Origin: Clostridia bacterium
Lineage (GTDB): Bacteria > Bacillota > Clostridia > Oscillospirales > SIG627
Assembly (NCBI GenBank): GCA_017537265.1
Contig: JAFYLE010000009.1
Coordinates: 7,421-31,420 of the forward strand
DNA: 24,000 bases
Direction of reading: 5' to 3'
The position numbers and the translations under genes were made by a program. The notes under the pieces were generated by a model. The model ran no database searches, was not told the DNA's origin, and saw nothing but the letters and a program-made list of their open reading frames with translations. Below, piece after piece: positions 1-7,825 of this stretch (its first letter is position 1; each line of letters starts with the position of its first letter).

Positions 1-2
1 AG

Positions 3-251
3 AACTTTTTCTACGGCGAGAGTGTGACGGTTGCGGGGCTTCTCACCGGCAGCGATTACCAAAAAGCTGCAAAGGAAGCAGACCTTAAGGAATACGACGC
101 AGTGCTCATTCCCGCAAGCAGTCTGCGTTACGAGCGCGACCTGTTTTTGGACGGCGTCGCACTTGCTGATCTGGAAAAAGAATGGAATCTTCCCGTCATT
201 CCCGTGGAGGGCGGCGAGGACATTGTGTATAAACTGTTAGGAGAAAATTGA
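3..251 (+). CDS. C-terminal fragment of a DUF512-type protein; the 5' end lies upstream of the window
   Basis: Frame 3 is open from the window edge (NFFYGESVTVAGLLTGSDY...). The stop TGA at 249-251 overlaps the der ATG (TGATG). The sequence pattern and the position directly upstream of der match the DUF512 gene that precedes der in many Clostridia. This is recognised from memory, not from a search. Confidence 0.6.
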   Translation, partial: NFFYGESVTVAGLLTGSDYQKAAKEADLKEYDAVLIPASSLRYERDLFLDGVALADLEKEWNLPVIPVEGGEDIVYKLLGEN

Positions 252-1579
252 TGGCACTACCGGTTGTGGCAGTGGTCGGCAGACCGAACGTCGGCAAAAG
301 TACGTTTTTCAACAAAATGTGCGGTGAGCGCATCTCCATTGTGGAGGATGTGCCGGGCGTGACCCGTGACCGCATTTATTCCACTTGCGAGTGGGCGGGC
401 AGAAAAATGCTGCTCGTTGACACGGGCGGATTGGAGCCGAATTCCGAAGACGAATTCCACATGCATATTGCGGAGCAAGTGCAGATCGCAGTCGATACGG
501 CGGACGTCATCATCATGATGACGGAGATCACCTCGGGCGTTATGCCCACTGACCGCGAAATCGCGCGCTACCTTTCCCGCGCACAGAAGCCCGTGGTGCT
601 CGCTGTCAATAAGGTGGACTCCATCGGTCAGACCCCGCCGGAGTTTTACGAATTTTACGAACTCGGTATCGAGCATGGTCCTTTTGCCGTCTCCAGCGTG
701 CACGGCACGGGCAGTGGCGATATCTTGGAGTGCGTCAACTCCCTGCTTCCGCCCCCTGCGGAAGAGGAGGAGAGCGAGCGCATTCGCGTTGCGGTCATCG
801 GCAAGCCGAATTCCGGCAAGAGTTCTTTGGTCAACCGCATCACCGGACAGTCCCGTATGATCGTCTCCAACGTCCCCGGAACCACGCGCGACGCGGTGGA
901 TACCGAGGTGGACAATGCTTACGGTTCCTTCACCTTCATCGATACGGCAGGCATTCGCCGTCAGTCCAAGGTGGAGGATAAGATCGAAAAATACAGCGTG
1001 CTTCGTGCAAAACTTGCCGTCGAGCGCGCAGACGTGTGCATCCTCATGGTGGACTCGCTTGAGATGGTCACCCAGCAGGACGAGCGCATTGCAGGCATTG
1101 CTCACGAATCGGGCAAGCCGACCATCGTCGTGCTTAATAAGTGGGATCTTGTGGACAAAGACAACGACACCGTGAAGAAGGCCACCAAGGACGTGGAGAT
1201 CGCCCTGTCGTACATGACCTACGCTCCCCTGGTGTTCATTTCCGCCAAGACGGGTCAGCGCGTGGACAAACTTTATCCCCTGATCCAAAAGGTGTACGAG
1301 TCTTCTCGTCGCCGTATCCCCACAGGCGTGCTCAACGATGTACTTGCAGACGCCGTTGCCCGCGTCCAGCCTCCGTCGGATCGCGGTCGCCGTTTGAAGA
1401 TCTATTATATGACGCAGGTCTCCGTCGCTCCGCCGACCTTCGTGGTCTTCTGTAACAGCGAGGAGCTCTTCCACTTCTCCTACCGCCGTTATCTGGAGAA
1501 CAATTTGCGCGAGACCTTTGATTTTGAAGGAACCCCCATCCGCATCGTCGTGCGTGAGAGGGGAGAGGAGGAAAAATGA
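251..1579 (+). CDS. der: Ribosome-associated GTPase Der/EngA
   Basis: There are two tandem G domains with P-loops GRPNVGKS and GKPNSGKS, DTGG/DTAG and NKVD/NKWD motifs, and a KH-like C-terminus. I prefer the ATG at 251 over the ORF-track TTG at 248. Confidence 0.95.
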   Translation: MALPVVAVVGRPNVGKSTFFNKMCGERISIVEDVPGVTRDRIYSTCEWAGRKMLLVDTGGLEPNSEDEFHMHIAEQVQIAVDTADVIIMMTEITSGVMPTDREIARYLSRAQKPVVLAVNKVDSIGQTPPEFYEFYELGIEHGPFAVSSVHGTGSGDILECVNSLLPPPAEEEESERIRVAVIGKPNSGKSSLVNRITGQSRMIVSNVPGTTRDAVDTEVDNAYGSFTFIDTAGIRRQSKVEDKIEKYSVLRAKLAVERADVCILMVDSLEMVTQQDERIAGIAHESGKPTIVVLNKWDLVDKDNDTVKKATKDVEIALSYMTYAPLVFISAKTGQRVDKLYPLIQKVYESSRRRIPTGVLNDVLADAVARVQPPSDRGRRLKIYYMTQVSVAPPTFVVFCNSEELFHFSYRRYLENNLRETFDFEGTPIRIVVRERGEEEK

Positions 1580-2280
1580 ACGGATTTCTGTTTGGTTTCG
1601 GCGCCATTCCCGTCTTTTCAACGGGCCTTTTCCTGCCTGCCGAGGGGGAAAATTGGTTGCCGCTCATCCTCTTGCTTCTTGCCGCGGCACTCGGTGCGTA
1701 CCTCTTGGGCAGCATCAATTCCGCCGTGCTCGTCAGCAGCGCGCTGTTCGGCAAGGACGTTCGATCCTTCGGCAGCGGTAACGCGGGCCTTACCAATATG
1801 CACCGCGTGTTCGGTGTCAAGGGCGCCCTTTTGACGCTTGTCGGCGACGTGATGAAGGCCGTTTTGTCAGTCCTGCTCGGACTTGCTCTTTGCGGCTATC
1901 AGTACGGCGGCTACACCGCGTTGGCTTTTTGCGTCATCGGTCACGCGTTTCCCGTCTTTTTCGGTTTTCGCGGCGGCAAGGGCGTGCTGAGTGCGGCGTC
2001 TGCCATCTGCTGTCTGTCACCCGTCGTGTTTTTCTGCATGATCGGTATTTTTCTTCTCATGGTGCTCACTACGCGTTACGTTTCCGTCGGCTCCGTTACC
2101 GCGGCGTTTTTCTTTCCGCTGTTTTTGAAGGCGTTTTTCGGCAGTCTGCCCTTCGTGGTGCTTGCCACCTCTCTGTTTACCGCCGTGCTCGTCATTTTCC
2201 TGCACCGCGAGAACGTGCGCCGTCTGTTGCGCGGTGAGGAGAAGAAGTTCGGACAAAAAGAACCGCCCAAAGATGAGTGA
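1576..2280 (+). CDS. plsY: Glycerol-3-phosphate acyltransferase PlsY
   Basis: A 4-nt ATGA overlap joins it to der, and GGAGAGGAGG lies upstream. It is a multi-pass hydrophobic protein with the PlsY signatures GSGNAGLTN and FRGGKGV, and der-plsY synteny is conserved. It has short N- and C-terminal extensions relative to the typical ~200 aa PlsY. Confidence 0.9.
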   Translation: MNGFLFGFGAIPVFSTGLFLPAEGENWLPLILLLLAAALGAYLLGSINSAVLVSSALFGKDVRSFGSGNAGLTNMHRVFGVKGALLTLVGDVMKAVLSVLLGLALCGYQYGGYTALAFCVIGHAFPVFFGFRGGKGVLSAASAICCLSPVVFFCMIGIFLLMVLTTRYVSVGSVTAAFFFPLFLKAFFGSLPFVVLATSLFTAVLVIFLHRENVRRLLRGEEKKFGQKEPPKDE

Positions 2281-2283
2281 TCT

Positions 2284-3417
2284 ATGAAACAAACCGTCTC
2301 TTTTTACGCATGTGATTCTTATGAGGACCGCGCCGCTCTCAAGCGCGCGGTCCTTTCTGTCATTTCCGACTGCGGCGGCTTCGACGCCCTGTTTGACCGC
2401 GGACGCCGCGTGGTCGTCAAGCCCAATCTGGTGATGAAAAAGTCGCCGGAGGGAGCCGCTACCACCCATCCCGCGCTGATGGACGTGCTTTTGGAGATCT
2501 TGCTTGAATACACCCGCGACATCCGCGTGGTCGAGTGTCCGGGCGGTCCCGGCACGCCCGCACTCGTGGAGGCGATCTATCGCACCACGGGTATTCGCGA
2601 GGTCTGCGACAGACGCGGCGTGGAGATCGTCGTTTCCCCCGAGGCGCGCACGGTCACGGTGGAAGGCGCCAAGGTCGCCTCTGCGCTTTCGCTTGCGGGG
2701 GAAATGGTGGACGCGGACGTGTTCATCAACCTCGGCAAACTCAAGAGCCACTCGCTCACCACGTTTACGGGCTGTGCCAAGAACCTTTACGGTGCCATCG
2801 TCGGGCTGACCAAGGTAGAGTACCACGCCCGTTTTGCACAGCTTTCCGACTTCGCCAACCTTATTTGCGACATCAACCGTGCACTCGTGCCCACGCTCAA
2901 TCTGCTGGATGCTGTCGTCGGCATGGAAGGCAACGGCCCCACCGGCGGCACGGCGCGTAAGATCGGCGGCATCGTCGGCGGCAACAACGCTTTTGCCGTG
3001 GACGCCATCGGCGCTCGCCTCATCGGACTTCGGGAAGAAGAGGCCCCCATTCTGTCCGCCGCCCGTGCTCTCGGCCTTTACACACCGGTGGAAGAGTGCC
3101 TCGGCGACGATTATGCTCCCTTTGTGCAGAGCGATTTTCTCTTTGCGGACGCACAGCGCTTTTCCATCTTGCGCGAGATGCCGAATCTCAAGTTTTTGCG
3201 CCGCTTTTTGGAACCGCGCCCCGTCATCTCCTCCCGCTGTGTCGGTTGCGGGGAATGTGTGCGCCTCTGCCCGAAGAGCGTCATTGAACTTCGCACGGTG
3301 AAGGGCAAAAAACGCGCGTACATTCACAAAAACAAGTGTATCCGTTGCTATTGCTGTCAGGAACTTTGTCCTGCCAAGGCCGTGGATACCAAGTCCAGAA
3401 AGATCCTGAAGATATGA
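2284..3417 (+). CDS. DUF362 domain protein with a C-terminal 2x[4Fe-4S] ferredoxin-type domain
   Basis: It has a DUF362-like core (RRVVVKPNLV..., LKSHSLTTFTGCAKNLYG, MEGNGP) and two cluster motifs, CVGCGECVRLCP and CIRCYCCQELCP. Its stop overlaps the ispE start (ATGA at 3414-3417). Confidence 0.8.
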   Translation: MKQTVSFYACDSYEDRAALKRAVLSVISDCGGFDALFDRGRRVVVKPNLVMKKSPEGAATTHPALMDVLLEILLEYTRDIRVVECPGGPGTPALVEAIYRTTGIREVCDRRGVEIVVSPEARTVTVEGAKVASALSLAGEMVDADVFINLGKLKSHSLTTFTGCAKNLYGAIVGLTKVEYHARFAQLSDFANLICDINRALVPTLNLLDAVVGMEGNGPTGGTARKIGGIVGGNNAFAVDAIGARLIGLREEEAPILSAARALGLYTPVEECLGDDYAPFVQSDFLFADAQRFSILREMPNLKFLRRFLEPRPVISSRCVGCGECVRLCPKSVIELRTVKGKKRAYIHKNKCIRCYCCQELCPAKAVDTKSRKILKI

Positions 3418-4271
3418 GTGGGAGACGACTCACCCTTTGGGCGGCCGCAAAACTCAACCTCACCCTCGGCGTGGGAGAGCGCCGCGCGGACGGTTATCAC
3501 GAGATCCGCTCCGTCATGCAGAAGATCAGCCTGTACGATACGCTCTCTTTTGCCAAGGCGGATGAGATTTGCTTTACCTCGGATCTCAAGTACCTTCCGA
3601 ATGACGAGCGCAACCTCTGTGTCAAGGCCGCACGTCTGTATTTCGAGGCTGCGGGAATTGACGGCGGCGTGGATATCCGCGTGCGCAAGGCCATTCCCGT
3701 CGGTGCGGGTCTCGGCGGAGGAAGTGCGGATGCCGCGTGCACTTTGCGCGCCCTTTGTGCACTGTACCGACCGTTGGATCGGGAGACGCTTCACGCCCTT
3801 GCCCTTTCTCTCGGCGCGGACGTTGCGTTTTGCCTGTCGGAGGACACCACGTGCCTTTGTGAGGGCGTGGGGGAGGTGCTGACTCCCATTGTCCGCGGCG
3901 GGAGTGCGCCCATTTACCTCGTGCTTGTTAAAAACGACCGCAAACTTTCCACCGCCTCGGTGTACGGTGCGTTTGACAGTATGCCCGCTCGCCCCATTCC
4001 CTCGGATGAAAAGGTGCTTGCCGCATTGCAAAGCGGAGACGCAAAACTGCTCTCCGAGAATTTGTTTAATATGTTGGAGCAGCCGGTCTTCGCGCAGAAG
4101 CCCGCGCTTTCCGATCTGCTCGCGGAATTTGCCGCCCTCGGTGCACTCGGTGCGCGCATGAGCGGCGCAGGGCCCACCGTTTACGGCGTGTTTGACAGTC
4201 AGGAGTCCGCACTCAAAGCCGCGGCTCATTTTGAGTCTGCGCCGTTTTGCCGCATCGCAACGCTTTTGTAA
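3414..4271 (+). CDS. ispE: 4-diphosphocytidyl-2-C-methyl-D-erythritol kinase (MEP pathway)
   Basis: It carries the GHMP-kinase motif PVGAGLGGGSADAA and the typical IspE N-terminus AKLNLTLGV. I chose the start at ATG 3414 (MSGRRLTLWAAAKLNL). The ORF-track start at 3336 would overlap the upstream gene by 80 nt. Confidence 0.9.
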   Translation: MSGRRLTLWAAAKLNLTLGVGERRADGYHEIRSVMQKISLYDTLSFAKADEICFTSDLKYLPNDERNLCVKAARLYFEAAGIDGGVDIRVRKAIPVGAGLGGGSADAACTLRALCALYRPLDRETLHALALSLGADVAFCLSEDTTCLCEGVGEVLTPIVRGGSAPIYLVLVKNDRKLSTASVYGAFDSMPARPIPSDEKVLAALQSGDAKLLSENLFNMLEQPVFAQKPALSDLLAEFAALGALGARMSGAGPTVYGVFDSQESALKAAAHFESAPFCRIATLL

Positions 4272-4273
4272 TT

Positions 4274-4303
4274 GCATATTTTTTCCAAAGCAGCCGAATA
4301 CTC
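4274..4303 (+). promoter_or_regulatory. Candidate forespore-type (sigma-F/G-like) promoter for spoIIR
   Basis: GCATA at 4274-4278 matches the -35 GywTA. After a 15-nt spacer, ccGAATACTc at 4294-4303 matches the RAnAnT part of the -10 but lacks the GG. The match is to consensus sequences recalled from B. subtilis and is weak. Confidence 0.25.
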
Positions 4304-4335
4304 CCATTGCCAAACTTGGCAATGGGAGGTTTTTT
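4301..4335 (+). terminator. Rho-independent terminator after ispE; its 3' arm contains the spoIIR Shine-Dalgarno
   Basis: The stem CTCCCATTGCC (4301-4311) pairs with GGCAATGGGAG (4318-4328) around the loop AAACTT, followed by GTTTTTT (4329-4335). Confidence 0.85.
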
Positions 4336-4965
4336 ATGTTTGCGATCTGTTTGCCCGCGTACAGAAGACAGATGCTTCTGCGCGCGCTCGCACTTTTGTT
4401 TGCCCTTGTGCTCTGCGCCTTTGTTCTTCTTCCGCTCAAGGCACAGGCGGCACTTTTTGATTCGGTTTTGCGTTTTCACGTCGTTGCGAATTCCGACAGC
4501 GCAAAAGATCAGGAGATCAAACTGCTCGTGCGCGACAAGCTTTTGGAATGGACGGGGGAAGACCTCGCTCTTTGCCGCCAGAGCGCGGAGGCCGAGGTTT
4601 ATCTTGCCGCAAGAAAAAGTGAGCTTTTAAGCCGCGTGAGGGTGTATCTTGCATCTTTGGGCGTCTCTTACGGTGCCGAGGTATTCCTCGGTGCGGAGGA
4701 ACACGCGGCGAAAGTCTATGGTGACCTCACGCTGCCCGCGGGCGAGTACCGTACGTTTCGCGTGGTGCTCGGAGAGGGTTGCGGGCAGAATTTTTTCTGC
4801 GTGCTCTTTCCGCCGATCTGCCAAAACAGCGCGAAGGGAAGCGCTTCCGAGACTTTTTTGCACTACGGCGTCAAGGGAGAGAGCGTGGGGCGGATCAAGA
4901 CGCGCCAAGGGGTGGAGGTGCGCTTCTTCCTGTGGGAAAAATTGAGGTCGATTTTTCAAATGTAA
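4336..4965 (+). CDS. spoIIR: Stage II sporulation protein R (forespore signal for pro-sigma-E processing)
   Basis: It has an N-terminal signal/TM segment and the SpoIIR hallmarks LRFHVVANSDSAKDQEIKLLVRD, PAGEY, FFCVLFPPIC and VRFFLWE. I chose ATG 4336, which follows GGGAGG (4324-4329). The ORF-track start at 4192 would overlap ispE. Confidence 0.9.
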   Translation: MFAICLPAYRRQMLLRALALLFALVLCAFVLLPLKAQAALFDSVLRFHVVANSDSAKDQEIKLLVRDKLLEWTGEDLALCRQSAEAEVYLAARKSELLSRVRVYLASLGVSYGAEVFLGAEEHAAKVYGDLTLPAGEYRTFRVVLGEGCGQNFFCVLFPPICQNSAKGSASETFLHYGVKGESVGRIKTRQGVEVRFFLWEKLRSIFQM

Positions 4966-4970
4966 ATTTT

Positions 4971-5011
4971 CGGAAAACAGAGAGGAAAAAGCGTGCGTTT
5001 TGCCGTTTTTT
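4971..5011 (+). terminator. Possible weak intrinsic terminator after spoIIR
   Basis: CGGAAAAC (4971-4978) pairs imperfectly with GTTTTgCCG (4997-5005) around a long loop, followed by TTTTTT (5006-5011). Confidence 0.35.
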
Positions 5012-5013
5012 AC

Positions 5014-5042
5014 TTGCATTTTGCGCCTCGTGGTGTTATAAT
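5014..5042 (+). promoter_or_regulatory. Sigma-A type promoter with extended -10
   Basis: TTGCAT (5014-5019), a 17-nt spacer, then TGtTATAAT (5034-5042). It sits 39 nt upstream of the ATG at 5081. Confidence 0.7.
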
Positions 5043-5080
5043 ATGCTGAACGCAAATATGCAAAAGAACGGAGTTATTTT

Positions 5081-5893
5081 ATGAAACGCTCAGTCAATGC
5101 ATGGGCAGTCGGTGCCGATTACGGATTTGAAGAAACGTTTGCCAAAGTCAAGGCGGCGGGTTTTGAAGCCATCGAGCTCAATCTGGACGCAGACGGCGCA
5201 CACGCCCTCACTATGGAAACAACCGCAGCAGATCTGCAAAAGATCGTGGAAATTTCCAAAAAATTCGAACTTCCCGTCAGCGGCATCTCCACTTCCATCG
5301 GTGGCAACATCGGTTCCGCGGACGAGGCGGAGCGACAGGCCGCCGTTGACGTTGTGAAAAAGCAACTTTTCCTGGCAAAGCACCTCGGCGCTTCCGCTAT
5401 TCTCGCCGTTCCCGGCGCAGGCAACACCCCTTGGGGCGAGGCACATGAAATCTGTATTGAGGCCTACCGTTCCCTGACTCCCGTGATCGAGGACACCGGT
5501 ATTCTCGTCGGTATGGAGCACGTGTGGAATGGCTTCTTCCTCTCCCCGCGTGATCTCGCGTATACCGTGGACGAAATTGGCAGCGACTTCGTCGGCGTGT
5601 ATTTCGACATCGCCAACTGCGCGGACCGCTCCAAGAGCGAGGACTGGATCACCTTCCTCGGTGAGCGCATCAAGCGCGTGCACATCAAGAATTTCAACCG
5701 CAAGAGCGTGTTTGAATTTGCCTTCCCTCTGCTGTTTGAAGAGGGAACCATCGACTGGGTGCCCGTCATGGCCGCCCTTCGCAAGATCGGCTACGAGGGT
5801 CCTTTGACCGCCGAGTTCGGCGCACCCGAGGGTGATCCGAGCGAAAATCTTATTAAGAGCGCGGATGCGATTCGTCGCATTCAGTGTCTGTAA
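5081..5893 (+). CDS. Sugar phosphate isomerase/epimerase (xylose isomerase-like TIM barrel)
   Basis: The 270-aa protein has the family pattern: AGFEAIEL near the N-terminus, GMEHVWN, YFDIANC and HIKN metal-ligand-like positions. The substrate is not assignable from sequence. Confidence 0.75.
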   Translation: MKRSVNAWAVGADYGFEETFAKVKAAGFEAIELNLDADGAHALTMETTAADLQKIVEISKKFELPVSGISTSIGGNIGSADEAERQAAVDVVKKQLFLAKHLGASAILAVPGAGNTPWGEAHEICIEAYRSLTPVIEDTGILVGMEHVWNGFFLSPRDLAYTVDEIGSDFVGVYFDIANCADRSKSEDWITFLGERIKRVHIKNFNRKSVFEFAFPLLFEEGTIDWVPVMAALRKIGYEGPLTAEFGAPEGDPSENLIKSADAIRRIQCL

Positions 5894-5911
5894 TCGGGAG
5901 GTATTGTTTTT

Positions 5912-7429
5912 ATGAAACAGCTTAAGAGACTTGTGCTTCTTTTGCTCGTGGCAGCGTTCTGCGTTCTGCCGCTTGCTTCCTGCATCCCCGGTCGCGGCAA
6001 CGCGTTCGACGGTGGCGATCCCACTCCGATCGACCCCAACGCCAAGCCCGGTACTTACGACTATGCAAAGAGTCTTGTGCCTTCCGTCAATTACGAAGGC
6101 CGTGACTTCCGTATCCTCGTGTGTAAGTCCGTCAGCGAGTTCGACGCCAACAACGGTGACCTTGCCCGCAACGTCGTGGCAAAGGAATCCCTCGGTATTC
6201 CGATCAACGACGCCGTCCTGACCCGTAACATGGACCTGCAGACTCAGCTCGGCATCACCATCCGCGCCACGGAGAAGCCCTTCCGCAAAGTTGCGGAGGA
6301 ACTGCGCAACTCCATTCTCACGCAGGACGACCGTTACGACATCTGCTTCACCCGTTTGGACGACCTCACCCCGCTCGCCAGCGAAGGTCTTCTCGTCAAC
6401 CTTTTTGAAATGGACCTTGACCTGTCTCAGCCTTGGTGGGATCAGAACTCCATCAAGGAACTGACCATTCAGGACGAATTGTACTTTGCCGTGAGTGACG
6501 GTGACATCGTCGACAAACAGACTACCATGGCCTGCATGTTCAACAAGAAGGTCATGGACGAGCAGCAGATCGATCCCAAGAGCGTTTACGCCATGGTCGA
6601 CGAAGGCACCTGGACCATCGACGCCATGATGGATATGATCAAGAACATCAGCCCCGACAGCAGCGGCGACGGTATCAAGAATGAAGAAGATACTTGGGGC
6701 ATTTTGACCGAGTATGACTCCGCGACCTGTTTCTATTACGCGTTCGGCGGTTGCGTCACCGACAAGAACGGCTCTGACGAACCGCAGCTTCGCCTCGGCG
6801 ACAGTGACATGCGTGAAGCGGTCGATAAAGCCATTCTGACCCTGCGCGACAATGCCAACGTCTTCAAGGTCGAGCAGATGGGCGGCAACTGGCTCGCCGC
6901 CAGTGACATGTTTATCAACAACCAGGCCATGTTCCGTATCACCAACCTCACCACCACCGAGCGTTGGCGTAACATGGAGGCAGACTTCGGTATCCTGCCC
7001 ATGCCCAAGCTCAACGAAGAGCAGAAGAATTACGTCCACCTCTGCAAGAACGGTGCAACCGGCGTTTGCGTGCCCAACACCAATACCGACCTGGACTTCA
7101 CCGCCATCTGCCTTGAGGCGTTTGTGTCCTTCTCCCGCTATACCCTCCGCGAGGGCTACTTTGAATCCACCATGCAGGGCATGGTCTCCCGTGATGAAGA
7201 GACTGCCCGCATGCTCAACCTCATCTTCGACACCCGTGCCTTTGACCTCGGTTATATCTTTGACTTCGGTTGCAGCGAGGCCGGTATGATGGACGGCACC
7301 GGTTACCTTCTCAAGAAGATCGCCGCCGATCTTTCCACGCAGTTTGGTTCTTCGTGGGACTCCATTCGCGACAAAGCACAGGCCCAGATCGACGACATGC
7401 TCGATACGCTGGAGAACTCCCGCATCTAA
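5912..7429 (+). CDS. Extracellular solute-binding lipoprotein (ABC-type, family 1-like, ~500 aa class)
   Basis: It has a signal peptide with the lipobox LPLASC (Cys24). Its size and composition are typical of large carbohydrate-binding SBPs of Firmicutes. GGAGG lies upstream. No permease or ATPase genes are adjacent. Confidence 0.7.
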   Translation: MKQLKRLVLLLLVAAFCVLPLASCIPGRGNAFDGGDPTPIDPNAKPGTYDYAKSLVPSVNYEGRDFRILVCKSVSEFDANNGDLARNVVAKESLGIPINDAVLTRNMDLQTQLGITIRATEKPFRKVAEELRNSILTQDDRYDICFTRLDDLTPLASEGLLVNLFEMDLDLSQPWWDQNSIKELTIQDELYFAVSDGDIVDKQTTMACMFNKKVMDEQQIDPKSVYAMVDEGTWTIDAMMDMIKNISPDSSGDGIKNEEDTWGILTEYDSATCFYYAFGGCVTDKNGSDEPQLRLGDSDMREAVDKAILTLRDNANVFKVEQMGGNWLAASDMFINNQAMFRITNLTTTERWRNMEADFGILPMPKLNEEQKNYVHLCKNGATGVCVPNTNTDLDFTAICLEAFVSFSRYTLREGYFESTMQGMVSRDEETARMLNLIFDTRAFDLGYIFDFGCSEAGMMDGTGYLLKKIAADLSTQFGSSWDSIRDKAQAQIDDMLDTLENSRI

Positions 7430-7578
7430 CAGAGCTTGAGGTTACGGTTTTATCTTAAAAACTGTTGCGATCATCTACCTTTTGACCAAGGTCTGCACCT
7501 GCGGCTCCAAGGCGTGTAAAGCCGAGGAAGCAGAGGGCAAGGCCGTCAAGACCGACATTGACTGACAACTGCATAAAA

Positions 7579-7792
7579 CGCTGAGAACGAGGGGCAAACA
7601 CCTCAAGTCTGTGACTCCAGAGAGGCCGGAGGATGGAAACGGCTGTCACGGCGGTGGGCGCATTTCACTCGGGAGCGGCGCGGGGGATAATCCCGCGACG
7701 GCACCGTCCGTAAACCGGTTTTTAAGTGATAAATAAGGGTGGTACCGCGACCTTGTTCGCCCCTGTGAAAACAGGGGCGAATTTTATTTTTT
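7579..7792 (+). promoter_or_regulatory. T-box riboswitch leader, Phe (UUC) specifier, controlling pheST
   Basis: The stem I base is CGC-UGAGAA-CGAG (7579-7591) pairing with CUCG-GGA-GCG (7668-7677), which is K-turn-like. An AG-bulge CCAGAGAG is at 7617-7624. The specifier UUC (7664-7666) is followed by A7667 immediately 5' of the closing helix. The T-box motif GGGTGGTACCGCG is at 7737-7749, with UGGU able to pair with an ACCA 3' end. A terminator hairpin follows. Confidence 0.9.
7756..7792 (+). terminator. T-box leader terminator (alternative to the antiterminator)
   Basis: TTCGCCCCTGT (7756-7766) pairs with ACAGGGGCGAA (7771-7781) around a GAAA loop, followed by TTTTATTTTTT (7782-7792). Confidence 0.9.
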
Positions 7793-7825
7793 GCGAAAAA
7801 TTTGATTCATATAAAAGGAGACAAT

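Noticed and set aside
257-1621. A 454-codon minus-strand ORF antisense to der. The same pattern occurs at 2017-3327 (antisense to DUF362), 3357-4439 (antisense to ispE), 14790-15509 (antisense to oapA), 21494-22504 (antisense to tyrS) and 22366-23481 (+ strand, antisense to folD).
   Set aside because: All of these mirror a confidently identified gene on the other strand, lack RBSs and known motifs, and show the skewed composition typical of antisense frames in GC-rich genes.
3336-3413. Longer ORF-track N-termini for ispE (3336), spoIIR (4192), pheS (7802), der (248), tyrS (21101), argR (18935) and nadK (18087).
   Set aside because: In each case a downstream ATG has a better-placed Shine-Dalgarno, matches the expected family N-terminus, and avoids a long overlap with the upstream gene or regulatory hairpins.
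5090-7039. A 649-codon minus-strand ORF spanning the isomerase and SBP genes.
   Set aside because: It crosses an intergenic region that contains the RBS of the + strand gene. It has no motifs, and the + strand products are recognisable, so it is a shadow ORF.
7558-7577. TTGACT (7558-7563) and CATAAA (7572-7577) considered as a promoter for the T-box leader.
   Set aside because: The spacing between the hexamers is only 8 nt. With a 17-nt spacing there is no acceptable -10, and a TSS downstream of CATAAA would fall inside the stem I K-turn.
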